Shown here: in pieces, positions 23,843 through 37,330 of the stretch
Layout of the letters: each line of letters starts with the position of its first letter
Position numbering within the stretch: the first letter of the stretch is position 1
Assembly (NCBI GenBank): GCA_002104905.1
Contig: MCFE01000455.1
Span: forward strand, 1-64,000
Reading direction: 5' to 3'
Length of the DNA stretch: 64,000 nucleotides
From: Basidiobolus meristosporus CBS 931.73
Lineage: Eukaryota > Fungi > Basidiobolomycota
Program-made: the position numbers and the translations under genes
The notes under the pieces: model-generated
What the model was told of the DNA's origin: nothing
The model's input: only the letters and a program-made list of their open reading frames with translations
Database searches by the model: none

Positions 23843-25575
23843 TCACGGATTATCTTCTGTCTTCAGGCAGTGTATTATGGCAAGCATCTCCTTCTCATGC
23901 ACAGGATAGTTGTGTTCTGCTGAGTTCAGTTTCTTGGATTCAAAGGCAACAGGGTAGTCCTTTCCCTTGTGTACTTGGCTCAGCACTCCACCAATTGCAT
24001 AATCTGAAGCATCTGTGCACAGAGTGAACTCTTTTCTGAAGTCTGGTATTCTTAAGCTTGGCAGCTTAGCAAGTTCATTCTTGAGCGTTTGGAAGGCAGT
24101 CTCACAAGCTATGTCCCACTTGTAGGTATTGTCTTTCTTGAGGATATCTGTCAAAGGGGCTGCAATACTTGTAAACAACTTGACAAATCTCCAATAATAG
24201 GATGCCATTCCAAGGAATGATCTGAGCTCTGATATGCTATGGGGCTGTTTCAGATTCATGATTACTTCCACCTTCTTGGGGTCTAAGGTTACTCCTGTGC
24301 TAGTCACTATGTGTCCCAGATATTCAACGTGTTCCTTGAAGAATTCACTCTTGGCTAGCTTGCCATATAGCTTGTTCTCTCTTAGTTTCTTCAAGACCTT
24401 TTCAATGTGCACTATGTGATCCTCTTCTGTCTTGCTGTATATCAATATGTCATCCAGGTAGATTATTACAAACTTGTCTAAGTACTCCTGAAAGACAGTC
24501 TGCATCAGTGTCATGAATGTTGCAGGGGCATTAGTGAGGCCAAAACTCATGACTAAGTACTTGCAATGTCCATATCTGGTCCTGAATGCTGTCTTAGGGA
24601 TATCTTCTGGTTTCACCCTAATCTGGTTGTATCCTGACATGAAGTCAATCTTGCTGAAAATAGTGGCTCCATTAAGTTGGTCCAGAAGCTCATCAATCCA
24701 AGGTATGGGGTGCTTATTCTTGGCGGTAACTGAGTTCAGGGCTCTGTAGTCAATACACATCCTAAGTGTTCCATCCTTCTTTTTCACAAAAAGCACTGGT
24801 GCTCCCCAGGGTGACTTGCTAGGCCTGATGTATCCTTGCTCCAATAGCTGATCAATTTGTCTCTTCATTTCCTCCAATTCCAAGGGACTCATTCTGTAAG
24901 GTGTCTTGCTTACTGGAGGGCCATCTCCTGTGTCAATGGCATGATCCACGTCTCTGACTGGTGGTAGGCTTACAAGCTCATCTGGAAACACGTCTGAATA
25001 CTTCTTTAAGAGAGTCTGGACCTGCTGGGGTGCTGGGGTAGAGGAATCCCCCTGTAATATTGCCATGAGGAACATCTGAGTACCTTTTCTAAGTGCTCTA
25101 CAGAACTGGGTCTTGCTAAGTTCACTTGTCTCACACATACTGGAATTGACAAAGTTGAAATCCAGCCTGGCAGGCAATAGCTCATAGGTCTTGTTGTCCT
25201 TTGGATCTGAGTAGCATGGGTTCTCCAGTTGATTGATGGATTACGACAAAATAGCCAGGTTTTTCCAAGTACAAGGTCAAACTTGCAGTTCCCAAATATA
25301 TAAGCCTGTAGGTCTTCTTCATAGTCATTGATCTTCATTCTTACTGGCTGAGTAATACGGTTGATTATGTGATAGTTCCCATCAGCTGTTGAGACTAAAG
25401 TTGATTTGGTAGGTTCTGAGTTGATTCCAGCTTTCAGAGCAAATTGCTCTGACATGTTCTTATGCGATGCTCCTGAGTCAATCATGATCCTGGCAGGCAC
25501 TCCATTGATTACTCCATTCAAGTATAATAGCTTTCCTGAGTTTGAGGTCATCTGGGATAGGTATTCTTCTGTCAT
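23843..25575 (-). pseudogene. pol: Gypsy protease, RT and partial RNaseH (1-bp frameshift near 25200, RNaseH 3' deletion)
   Basis: [49 protein letters not shown]. Confidence 0.92.
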
Positions 25576-26496
25576 GTGGAAGGTGAGTTCTCAGTCTTCT
25601 TCAAGTTCATCCTTCATGTTACTATGCTCCATGGCCTCAATGTGGTTGAAGGTTCTTGATGGCTGGTGTCCATTTCCTCACTGGGGGCAGTACTTTGCAA
25701 TATGTCCTTGCTGGTGGCAATTGAAGCAAAGTCCTGCCTTCTTACACTCTTCCAAGGCAGGATTCTTCCGCATAGCGTCTATTTCCATTGGTACTGCTTC
25801 TGACTGTCTTCTTTCATAATGATTGTAACCTTTCTGATTAGTCACTGTAGGCTTCCCAACTCCAAACATAGCTGAGTCATAGTCAATGGCAATCTTGATA
25901 GCTTCTTCAATAGTCTGAGGTCTTCAATAGTTCACTTCCTTGCGAGTTCTTTCTTTTAACCCATCAATAAAGTATTCAACTTGATCCAGGGGGTCCATTC
26001 TTTCAATTTGCCCAAGTAGACATCTGTACTCATAGATGTATTCTTGAACCATTCCTTTCTGTATGAGTGTCTTTAACTTCCTTCTTAGTAGTGTCTGCTG
26101 GTGTGGAGGTCCAAAAGCATCCTGAATTTCCGACACAAACTCATCCCAGGTAGAGATTGTAGAGTATCCCATCATAGTGGCTGACCTGATCTTGTTGTGG
26201 TACCACTGTAAGGCTGCATCTGCCAGGTAAGAAGCTGTATAATGCAACTTGCTTTCTGGAGCAATTCCTTTAGCTTTAAAAGCTTCTTCAATCTGAAAGA
26301 GCCAAGTTCCCAGGTTTTCATTGACTCTGCCATGGTACTGGTTGACCTTCACACTAAAGTTGCTCTTAACAGGGCTTTGCTGGTTCTGAGCCATGGTAGT
26401 CATTCCTTGTTGCTGTTGGCTGAGGATCTGGAGTAACCGTTGCTGTTGGGCCAGGATTTGCTGCATGGCATTCTTCCATTCTTGATTGTCCAACAT
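25576..26496 (-). pseudogene. gag: Gypsy gag with CCHC knuckle, in-frame TGA stops
   Basis: ENLGTWLFQIEEAF..AALQWY and CFNCHQQGHIAKYC. The pieces are in frame with the protease ORF. Confidence 0.88.
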
Positions 26497-26970
26497 CTTG
26501 AGGGTGGTTTCTTCTTTCTTCAGGAGGGAGGTTTCTGGTTATTGCTGCTACCAATGTTACAAGTCTTAGTATAAGTGTTGTAGAGGAATAGTGAGTTTAG
26601 CTAGTATTGTATTCACTAAAACTTGAGCTGATTTTTATTGAGGTTCCAGCAGTTCCTTATATACATTTTGCCAGATCAATTGCTGACTAATTGTATTTCC
26701 TAATGTAGGTTGTGGCTGATGACTCATTTGATTGCATCATCATCACCCAACAAGATCCTACTTAATATATCTATTTCTGTCTGTTAAGGATCTGCTGATT
26801 CATTTGCTGACTAATGCTACTGATTTCATAGATAATACTGATATACTAATAACCAAAACATATGCTAATTGATTTGACTGAAAATTGATCTAACTTAAAC
26901 ATTCAAGCGGCAGATCATAACACTATTAAGCAATGTGACAACACTTGTAGAAAAAAATGCAAAGAATGCT

Positions 26971-27400
26971 AGACTTGTTCTGTTGGATTGTGCCACATTG
27001 CACCATGAGTGCCAAATGATGTCCTAGTAAGCCAGGGAGGCCAAGTGAGCCTATACTTGGCCACAGAGTGAGAAATGTACATCTTCATTTTTATGAAAAG
27101 CAGCCCCTGTTTCCACCTAGTGCACTGGAGAAAATCCATTTTTTAACCTTGTTTTTAGATTGATGTTGTGCATGATATGTAAGAGCACAAAAGGATTGAA
27201 TACATTCACCTGGTACTCAGTACCCATAGCACTCTTAATCTAGCTTCTGTAGGTTGTATCATGTCACAAACATGCATGTTACTATCTTGATCCACTGGTA
27301 CTAACTGGCACTATAAGTGCTTTGTATAGGTCTTACTTTAGGGCTAATATTAATATATAGTGCCTGATAGTACAAGCAACTCAAGATAGTGCCATGCATT
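26971..27400. mobile_element. MITE-1, truncated (left arm, spacer and start of right arm)
   Basis: AGACTTGTTCTGTTGGATTGTGCC at 26971; collinear with 3627-4060. Confidence 0.85.
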
Positions 27401-27653
27401 TCTGTGAGATGATATAAGCTACAGGAGCTTGACTCAGGGTGCCATAGGTATATGACTCAAAGACTCTCCTGATACCAGCATCTAAGACTCTCCTGGTACC
27501 AGCATGTGTTAACAGTTGAATGGCATTCACATACAAAGAGTTCCTTCTTTGCAGCAAATATATTGCTTTCTCTACCTGGGATATTGATTGCTCCACATGT
27601 ATTATTCACTCATCCTGTTTCTGGAATATTTCATGATTTCTCTGGGCCACTTC

Positions 27654-28515
27654 TGTTGTAAGAGTCTTGGAGATATTGGAAGTGATTGGGAGAACAAGTA
27701 GATTATGTGGTTTTCACTTAATGATTTATTGAATGTAAAAGTAGTATTTATACTTTTACCTGGTCTTGGCATTACAAACACATAGAATAGGTTAAGGAAG
27801 GTCCCAAGAGCATGTGTGCAAAGTTTGGGGCTGTTTGGACAACTTTGAGAATTTTCATGTTCTGGGTACCTGGTATTTTGGTGAAAATATTCTGAGGAAA
27901 TCCAAACAAGGAATTTGGTCAGTATTCTCTAGGATTTGAAGGTGATGATCTAAGTGACTAAGTTAGGTGAATATTTAGGTGGAATTACAAATTTTTACAA
28001 CACTCCCACTCAGCTAAATGTTCATACTGACTAGTCCTAATTTTGACCTAAGATATTCAAACTTGTCACTAGCTAATGGTTTGGTAAATATGTCTGCAAT
28101 CATTTCATCTGTAGGACAGTAAACTAAGCTAACTAAGTTATTCTCTATAGCTTCACGTATGAGATGATGTCTAATATCTATGTGCTTGGTTCTAGCATGA
28201 AAAGTTGGATTTCTACCTAATTGTATACATCCTTGATTATTTTGAAATAAAGTAATAGGCATTTTTTGACATAGGCCTAAATCTGTAAAGAGTTTTCTCA
28301 ACCACATTGCTTCTTTTGTAGCTTCACAGGCTGCCATATACTCTGCCTCTGTAGTAGAAAGTGCTACTGTTGGTTGCTTTCTTATATTCCATGAAATTGC
28401 TCCTTTACAGTAAAGAAAGGTGTATCCTGTGGTGTATCTTCTGTCTTCCAAATTTTGTCCCTAATCAGCATCAGAGTATCCCACAAGGTCCTGTTCTGAA
28501 TCCTTATAAATGTAC
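27654..28515 (-). mobile_element. Copia A 3' fragment: LTR (27654-28002), PPT and RNaseH
   Basis: Near-identical to 61715-62580; ORF 28014-28451 contains KHIDIRHH and IADIFTKPL. Confidence 0.92.
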
Positions 28516-28563
28516 CAAAAGACTGACAAAACAGCATCCAGTTTTTAACTCATGATACTTATT

Positions 28564-28774
28564 AGACTTGTTTCACTGTGCTATTGATCATAGTGCCAGA
28601 AAGAGCTGAATATCTTGATATTAATTTGATATTTTAGGGTCAAATACATGTCAATTTTGATCCCAAATTGGCAATGTATGGCACCATCTGGCACTCTGTG
28701 GCATGGTCAGGCACCATCTGGCATGCTATGGCACTATTGGGCACTATGATCAGCTGGAATGATGGAATAAGTCT
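28564..28774. mobile_element. MITE-2 (211 bp) with PHIS-type TIRs
   Basis: AGACTTGTTTC...GGAATAAGTCT, TSD ATT on both sides, inner inverted repeat TGATCATAGTGCC/GGCACTATGATCA, TGGCAC array. Confidence 0.82.
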
Positions 28775-29479
28775 ATTGCTTTGATGCATAGGACCTATTT
28801 GTTGAAATTCCCTGAAACTGTTACAGGTTGCTCCTGGATGTTAGGGTACCCTTCTTACTTAGTGTTATAGCAGTATGACTTCTACAAAGGTATATATGCT
28901 GAGCCTTTTTATGAACAAAAACCAGTTCAGCTATTATCACTATTTCTTGAGAAGCTCCTTATTTCCAAATCACTTCTTAAATTGCAACAATTGCATCTCA
29001 ACAATCATCAAATATAGTGACTTTGATCACTGCCTACATATCTTAGAGAATACTAATCACATTACTTCTTTAGATTACCTTCAAGTTTTTTCATTAAAGC
29101 ACCAGGTAGCCGGCATATGTGGGTTTTCAGTGTAGTCTAAATAGCTCCAAAGCTTGAATGGAAACTTCAGAGATCATTTTTAGCAAAAACCTAAGTTGAC
29201 ATATCAATGAGAGCAAATGGTAGCCAATGCCTACTGAGCCCATGTATAGAAGCTGCAGAGAGTGAAAGAAATGCCAACTGGCCTGCAGTTAAAACCTACT
29301 GAGAGCTGCCACTAGCCCTAGCCCTAGGCCAGTACTTATTTAAATTACCACATTTTGTGGCTAACCATTGGTCTGCTGCATCTCTCCAGCAGACTATGGC
29401 ACTATTTGGCACTAATAGCTCAGTGCAACACTATCCAATGGAGTCAATATGATGCACACTGTCTAGATATTGGTTCAGA

Positions 29480-29720
29480 AGGCTACCTAATCAAAGTGAA
29501 TACAGTACATCTAGTTCTTGTATTTGCATTGATGTGAAGCTGTTTAGCCAATGGACCAGACTACTTGGTTTCAGTTTAGTAAAAGAAGAGAAAAAGGACC
29601 ATTTGGTTATTGTAGCAAGCCTCTCACCCATGATGCATACAGACAGCATAGGAAGTATTAAACAGATCATGGCAAAGTTGAGCCACACAAGTCATGATAA
29701 TGCAACTATTAGTCATATCT
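29480..29720 (-). repeat. Fragment of the CACTA inter-ORF region
   Basis: Reverse-complement similarity to 18560-18740. Confidence 0.6.
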
Positions 29721-29949
29721 GTACCAACAATATCCTTCTATATACTTAGTTCTTGATAAAAGAACCTAGCTGCAATTTTTACCTTACACAAACTGAGGCA
29801 TCTGAGTATGTGATGCCTATTGTTACTCCTCATACTTCTTAATGCTGCTTGCAGAGTGATAGCTCCAAAGATCAGTGCACATCAAGGGATTGTGAGCCAT
29901 CACCTATAACTTCAGCATATTAAACAAGCACCAAAGGAGTCACTGAATG

Positions 29950-30327
29950 GTTAAAAGAATCATTTGGAAAAATGGCAACACAGTATGAAAGTAGAGCTAA
30001 AGGTAGATAGGACAAGTATGTTGATCTAGTACCTTTTGCCTGCAGAGTAAGTGTGCACAACACTACCCAACAAATGACATTTTACTGGGTGTATAGATGT
30101 TAATCAGGGACTTCAGGAGATCTCACACAACCAAAACACACCAACTACTAGTTGGATAAAGTCAGTTAGCCTAGTAGACACTAACAATGAAACAAAAATG
30201 TCCGGAGATGCAGGTTAAAATCTCCCTATGTGCAGAAAGGATGAAGCACAGATTTGATGAGACCATATAATAAAGGCTCTGATAGTTGGGAACATTATAC
30301 TTCCACAAAACACTGCTTGGAAGTAGT
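29950..30327 (+). pseudogene. Gypsy integrase C-terminal fragment
   Basis: Reverse-complement similarity to 22870-23260 (FACRVSVHNTTQQ). Confidence 0.7.
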
Positions 30328-33300
30328 TCTTGAAATATTGGACTATTTGCTATCATTCAGTACCTATAAATTTACCTGACAATTCTAGACTAGTCTTGAT
30401 CACTGTGGGACTATTTACAGCGCAACTTGGTCAGTTTCTTCACACGTGTTACTCTGTAATTATTCCCCTATAGTTAAGATCAAATCAGCACATTTTACCA
30501 AGCCTTATGTACTAACCTTGAAACTGTTATAGAGTGCTCCTGAATGTTAAAAAACCCTACTGACTTGGTCTTACAGCTGTATTTCATCCATGAAGGTATA
30601 AACACTGTTCCTTTTAATGAATAAGCAACAGTTGAACTAATACCACTATTTCTTGATAAGTTCTGTATATCCAAATTACTTCATGAAATGCTAGAGGTTC
30701 TTATCCCTGATTGCCTTAACCTATTCTAAAGATGACTTCTACCAGCATACAGAGTTGTACAAACATCTTCCCTGCAAAGGAGAGATTTGCGGAAAGAACT
30801 ACAGACTGTGGAGAATCAAGATGTGGATCCACCTTGAGGGAAAGAAAGCTTTGGAATAGAGTAACAGGAAAAGAAGTTGAGCCCCAAGACACAGCAGAAG
30901 AAGGGGAGGAGTTTCAAGAGAAGGAGAGAGAGGCCTTTACTGCTGCCTGTATCAATATGCAAGATTCCTTCATTGGACAAATCCATGCTTCAAATACTGC
31001 CAAAGCAGCATGGAACTCCTTGGAGAATATCTTTAGAGCAAAGTCAGTATCAGGCAAGCTTTATTCAAAAGTAAAGCTGTTCAACATGTGGCAGAATCCA
31101 GATGATGACATGCTACAACTCATCACTACAATGGAGACACTTGCAGAAGAACTGTGTAGTACTAATGCTTGTGTAGATGATGAAGAAAAGATACTCTGTC
31201 TGCATTGCAGCCCACCAGATGAGCATGAGCCAATCTTACTTTCTTTTGAAAGCAGAGAAGATAATTTGACTGTAGACTAAGTGAATGGAAGACTTCTCCA
31301 TGATAAACTCAGACATAATGATCAAACAGAGAAAATAATAGAGAATTCTTTATTCAGCTCCAAAAGGCACACATAAGTGACTGGAAAGCAACAAAACCAA
31401 AGAAACCCAGGTTGCTGTAGCTACTGTAAGAAGCCAGGACACTAGGCAAGAGAATGCAAGAGGAAATAAGCAGACAAAAACAGAAACTGGAGCAGGAAAA
31501 CCATATAACTATTGTTAAACAGTTATTTGTAACTCCACTAGGGAGTGCAAGTAACCAAAGTGATGAATGGTGTATTGACTCTGGAGCTTCACAGCATATT
31601 TGAAGTACAAAGGAGTGGTTCAGCAACTTAAAGACTATTTCCATCAGTGAGGTTTCTCTGGGAGACAACTCTACACTGGAAGCTACCACCAGTGGGTCTC
31701 TACTACTAAATATGAGTGATATCTCTAGGGCTACAGCAGCAAAACTGACTGATGTACTCTACGCACCTGGAATAGCTAAGAGTCTATTCTCAGTCAGTAG
31801 TGCAACTGCTGAGGGACTGAAATTTATCTTTACCCAGCTGAGCTGATCAATAATGAGTGAAAATGGACAAAAATATGCTTTGGGAAACAGATATCACCAT
31901 ATATACCAGTTAAAAAGCAAGATTGTAGTACCTGAGTATGCCATCATTGCTAAAACAGATGACACTAACTGGCAGACATGGTAAAGGAGGCAAGGACACA
32001 TGGGGAAAAAGAAAGTGAGCCAATTGGTGAAAAATGAGTTTGTTCTAGGCCTGAATTACTCAATTCCAATCAAATTGAGTGTCTGTAGGGGATGGTCATA
32101 CGGCAAACAAGCTAGGCAATGTCTCAGGAGCTCAGGAGGCATCAACACCACCAAAATAGTGGCTATTGTACACTTAGACATATGTGGGCCCATGACAACA
32201 CCGTCCCTTGGAGCCAAAAGATTCTTCATGACATTTATTGAGGACAAGACAAGATAAACATGGGTATACTTCCTGAACTCAAAAGTTGAGGCCTTGGAGA
32301 CGCTTAAATACTTCAAGAACATGGCAGAAATACAAACTGGGTGTAAGTTGAAGATACTTCAAAGCGACAATTGAGGGGTATACCACATAAAGGAGTTTGC
32401 AAAATACTGTTCATCTACTGTTATGCTTCAACAGACCACTGTTCCACATACTCCACAGCAAAATGGAATAGCATAACAAGCAAATAGAGCAATATAGAGA
32501 CGGGATGATCTTACTCAAAGCTGGAACCAAAGAGTAGAAAGGGCTCTTTCTTGGATATTGTGATGGCAATATAGGGTATAGAGAAACATTTGCTGTGGTT
32601 GCCAAATTTAACTCCATTAGGACAGTTCTAGCCCTAGCAGCTGTACACAGTCAAGATCTACACCAAATGGACGTCAAACAGACTTTCTATATTGGGATTT
32701 GCAAGATACTATAAATATGAAGCAACCAGAAGGTTTCACTGATCCAAAAGGCCCCCATACAGTGTGCAGACCCAGGAAATCATTTTATGGGCTTAAGCAG
32801 GCACCTATAGCAAGGTATCAAAAGATAGACACATATCTAGAGGAGATTTGGCTCATTTGTAGCACTATAGATCAAAGTGTTTATGTGAAACAGCTCAAAA
32901 AAGGTGTGCTCATCCTAGTTCTGTATGTAGACAACCTAATAATAGCAACAAGTGACCAGGAGGCACTTAAACAGATAAAACTAGATCTCTTCAGCAAGTT
33001 TGAGATAACAGATCTTGGAAAATTGACCTATTTCCTTGAAATTGTAGTGAGTTCTGAAGTACCTACCCAGACAATTGCTCACAGTCAGTCTAAGTACATC
33101 CTATATATTCTTAGATGTACAAAATGGAAATTACAAGCCTGCAGCTGCCCTGATGGATTATAATCTAAAATTGAGCAAATCTCAGCCAGTTTTAGGTGAA
33201 AGTGGCTATAATATGGGCCAAAACCTTTCTTTCAATCAATGATTAGTGGCCTGATGTACTTGACGGTGTCTACATGACCTGGTATTGCAATGAAATAGTC

Positions 33301-34040
33301 AGTCAATTCAAGCAGAACTATGGCTCTGATCAAATTACAGCAGTTCAATGGATTTTCAGCTATCTACAATGTACCATAAATATGGTTGAAAAATACTCTG
33401 TAGCAGCTAATAGGCAAATGCTTGATGGTTATAGTGATTCATATTCGGGTAGATATCTGATTGACAGACACTTTACCACTGTGTATGCATTTCTTTATGC
33501 TGGTGAAGCTATTACTTGCATTTGCAAAAAACAACTAACTGTGGCCCTATCTACAACTGAAGCTGAATATATGATTGCTTGCCAAGCAACTAAGCAGGCT
33601 ATATTGCTATGTAAGTTATTCAAGGACTAGGGCTGTAATTCAAATGAACCAACTTGTATTTACAAAGATAATCAAAGTTGTATTTCATTAGCCAGGAATC
33701 CTACCAATTACACCAAAACTAAGCACATAAATATAAAACACCATTTTGAGAGGGAAGCTGTATGAAATAACTTAGTAGAGCTAGTTTACTGTCCAACTGA
33801 CTAGATGATAGCAGATATATTGACAAAACCACTGGCTAGACCACCATTTGAGAGCCTCAGAGAGGAATTAGGATTGAAGAATTGTTTAGTTGAGGGGGAG
33901 TGTTGAAATATTGGACTATTTGGTATCATTGAGCAGCTAAGTTTACGTAACAATTCTAGACTAGTCTTGATCACTGTAGGACTAATTTGCGGCCCCAACT
34001 TTACCAATTTCCTCAGATATATGATCCTATGATGCTTCTC
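30328..34040 (+). mobile_element. Copia family B, degenerate, with a deletion between integrase and RT
   Basis: LTR start TGTTGAAATATTGGACTATT at 33901 (after PPT GAGGGGGAG) and its homologue at 30328. Gag AAWNSLENIF, knuckle CSYCKKPGH, protease WCIDSGASQH, rve HLDICGP, RT and RNaseH remnants. LTR 3' ends not resolved. Confidence 0.85.
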
Positions 34041-35770
34041 TGTCTTATTCTTCTTACATTTATCACTGCCAAGTCTTTCACTGCTGCTTTGACTGAGAGC
34101 TTCTAGTATTGTACTGTGCCTAATAAATGCTACACTGGAACTTCTGTTTTGGCATAGTAGGTCCTTACTAGATTTATCCAGGCCGCCTGCCTTTTCTCTG
34201 CCACATCGTTGGAGCCCTGCTTGTATTGGGCTCCTGAGCAAGCCATTGGCATTTATCTTTGCTAAGTCCTTTGCCACCACATTGATCATGTACTTATTGC
34301 ATTAACCTGGGTTTTTTACTTCAAAAATGCTGCCTTGTATGATATGTTTCTGTTGGCTTGTTCCTGACCAACACTCCTTCTGCTGACTTAGATTTCTTTG
34401 CTGCTGGTTTGAAGCCTTGAACCTTTCATAAAATAAGCTCTTGAGAGAGTTGCAGGTTTTTATCCATAGTGCCATGGTTTCTCTGCCTATAATAGTGTCT
34501 GTTACTTGTGAGTTACTATCTTAGCATAAGAATGATGGCCCACAATCCATTGGCTTGCTTGCTTACAGGATTATGCTCATGAAACAGATCTGGCGACTGC
34601 CACTTGGCCTTGAGTTCCTGATTGTCCCATGTTGTGCTTGCCCTAGGGTAATGCTGCGCTAGATTTCCAATAATCACTTATAAATTAGCCCACTCCTCAT
34701 CAATTCACTCAACAGCTTCAGAAATGTTTGAAGTCCTTTCATTATTGGCCTAGGGTGTCAACATCAAAGTTTTCACTGTATTGCTTTGATAGGTTTTTCA
34801 GTTGGCTTTGTCTTTGGGCACTGCTGTTGTGCTTCAAGGAGTGAGTGCTGTTTCTCTGCTGTACTTGGAAAAATAGCTCATCTTTTGACTGTGACATTGA
34901 GTTACTGGAGCTCCCTCCATACAGCACAGACACTGCATCATCTACCTAGAATATTAATTGCTCTATATACATTGTGCACTCTTCCAGACTCTGTACTAAT
35001 CCTGGATTACTTTGGACCATCTGATCTAACCCATCAGCCACTGCACCTTCTTGTGTTATGATCTACTGCCTGAATGTTCAGTTCAGATCAGTGTTTAGTC
35101 AAATCAGTTAGTTATATGTTTAGCCTATCAGTATATCAGTGTTATCTATCAAATCAATAGCATTAGTCAGCAGATGAATCAGCAGTTCCTTATCAGACAG
35201 GTATAGATATATCAAGTAAGATCTTATTGGGTAAAGATGATGCAATCAAATGAGTCATCAGCCACAACCTACATTAGGAAATACATTTAGCCAGCAATTG
35301 ATCTGGCAAAAATGTAAATGAGGAGCTGCTCAAGCATCAATATAAATCAGTTCAAGTTTTAGTGAATACAATACTAGCTAAACTCCCCACTCCTCTACAG
35401 CTCTTATACCAAGACTTGTGATAGTTGACGCATTAATGCATTGGCATAAGCTGGCAACATCCTTCCTAATACAGGTGGTGGTGATGTTGTGACAGCCATT
35501 TTCAGGTCTTCTATCAGAGGTACTCCCTTTGCAATATTTTTATCTGGCTGAGCATAATGTTCAGTAAGCATCTCTGCAATGATTCTCATTACCTTACATG
35601 ACTGAGAGCCTAAGGAGTCTGTAGTATTCACTTCAGTGGGCACACTGTCAACATGGCCTTTTTTGGATGTAGCCCTGCTTGTTAGATTTCAGAGGCTCTA
35701 CAATTGACATGCAGCTGAATGCTGTTGAATAATTGGACTGTTTGGCATTGTTCAGCAGCTAAAAACTTAC
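34041..35770 (-). mobile_element. Older CACTA ORF2 fragments, interrupted by a Gypsy solo LTR
   Basis: Patchy reverse-complement similarity to 18980-20300. Confidence 0.65.
35054..35423 (+). repeat. Solo LTR of the Gypsy family
   Basis: Reverse-complement homologue of 22282-22649; degenerate 4-bp TSD CTTG/GTTG. Confidence 0.82.
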
Positions 35771-36129
35771 TAAACAATTCTGGAATAATATTGGCCACTG
35801 AAGGACTAGCTTACAGCCCTAACTTTGCCACTTTCTTCAGATCTATGATGTTATGATTATTCCCTATAGACATAATCAAGTTAGCACTTTTTTGTACATT
35901 ATGTACTGGCCCTGAAATGTTTATAAAACTCTCCTGAATGTTGAGAAACTCTCCATACTTAATATTATAGTTTTATTACATCTACAAAGATATAAGTACT
36001 GAGCTTCATTATGATTAAATAACAGTTCATTTATTCTCACTAATCCTTTATAAGTTCTTTATAATGAAATCACTTCTTAAATTGCAATAAACACACTGTT
36101 CTCTATTGATACTGCATCTATTCTGACTT

Positions 36130-37330
36130 TATCTTGCTTGGCATGTGGAGAATACTAGACTTTACTACACCTTTTTGGAGTTTCCTATGCAGCAAATGTG
36201 TGGCAAAATTGGTAGACAAGTCATGTTGCAAGTACTACCATATCTCAATCTCATCAAGATCATTATCATCAAGTCTGTCATGGATGTAAAGAGATGGCAC
36301 ATGGAGGATAACCTGAAAAAGCTAAATGATACTGATATCAGATGTGGAAATAGAAACACCTATGTCATTGGCATGGAGAAGCTAAGCAGCCCCAATGTGT
36401 GTAAAATCAGGTAAGTAATACAAAGATATGTTGGACACAACATGCAACTAAACTTTATGACGACAACTCTACTAAGACATGTTGGATCTCTCTTGTGTAC
36501 AAGCCTGTTATTACACTATTCAATATGGAATTCATACAGACAAGAACCAGAGCATATCTATAATAGGGACTAGATTTCAACAGGGAGAGGGATTATATTG
36601 CTTTAGCACCAAAAGTAATATGACATAATCAGGAGCTGAACCGGATCAGATTTGCTGTGAGGAACAAAGTATTTGTCATAAGGGTCCTTGTAATGCTTTG
36701 TATGCTGTTGCATGCTTTATGACTAAAAGGCTTGTTCCAGTTGCCACATGATCTTTTTTCTTCTCCTACAGTATTGAGTCAAAGTAGTTTTGTGAACAGA
36801 GCAAATAGCTTAGCATTCAGCAATGTAACAATTTGTATCACTATGTGTCAACACTTATGTGGGTTAGAGACAGTCATGTATTTGGGACATTGCACCTCAT
36901 GACTATAGGCTTTAATGATGATACATAATAACAAGCTTTATATGTACAGTTGTGGCACTTCATAGACACAAATATATAATAGTATTTCCCCTTTGGTCTA
37001 ACACACTCCCATTATTATGCCATCAAAACATAAAGTAAAGTTGTCTGGTTCCAATCATACACCACAGCTGGCAACTGTAGCAGAGCAACTGGACAACAGC
37101 TTGCCATGATATTCAGTGTGACAATCAGGGCTACATCAAAAAAAACTATGTTAAAAGTATAATAACTAAAGGAAATATTGCAGACTCCTCATGCTTTCAG
37201 TAAAGTTAGCCTTTGGAATTTGCTACAAAGTCACAAGCCTCCTTAATGCTCTGGCAGATACAATTGCAGCATATGCAGTACCTCCAGTAGACAACCAGCA
37301 GATAACTATCATTACATCATAACCACTAGT
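36130..37330 (+). mobile_element. Mosaic of old CACTA pieces (transposase C-terminus, inter-ORF region, ORF2 start)
   Basis: FPMQQMCGKIGRQVMLQVLPYLNL at 36145-36414; 36650-37330 is similar to 18560-19250. Confidence 0.65.

Larger units (their letters stand above)
22282..26922 (-). mobile_element. Near-complete Ty3/Gypsy LTR retrotransposon (4641 bp)
   Basis: LTRs 22282-22649 and 26555-26922 (368 bp, ~95% identical by eye, TG...CA). PBS TGGTAGCAG, purine-rich PPT, order gag-PR-RT-RH-IN. Degenerate 4-bp TSD CTGT/CTAT. Confidence 0.96.

Noticed and set aside
27455-27510. ~22-bp tandem duplication (AAGACTCTCCTG.TACCAGCAT x2)
   Set aside because: A local slippage duplication in a dead CACTA fragment; no sign of function.
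28670-28760. CRISPR-like or satellite array of GGCAC repeats
   Set aside because: The 5-7-bp motifs are irregularly spaced and lie inside a TIR/TSD-bounded MITE.
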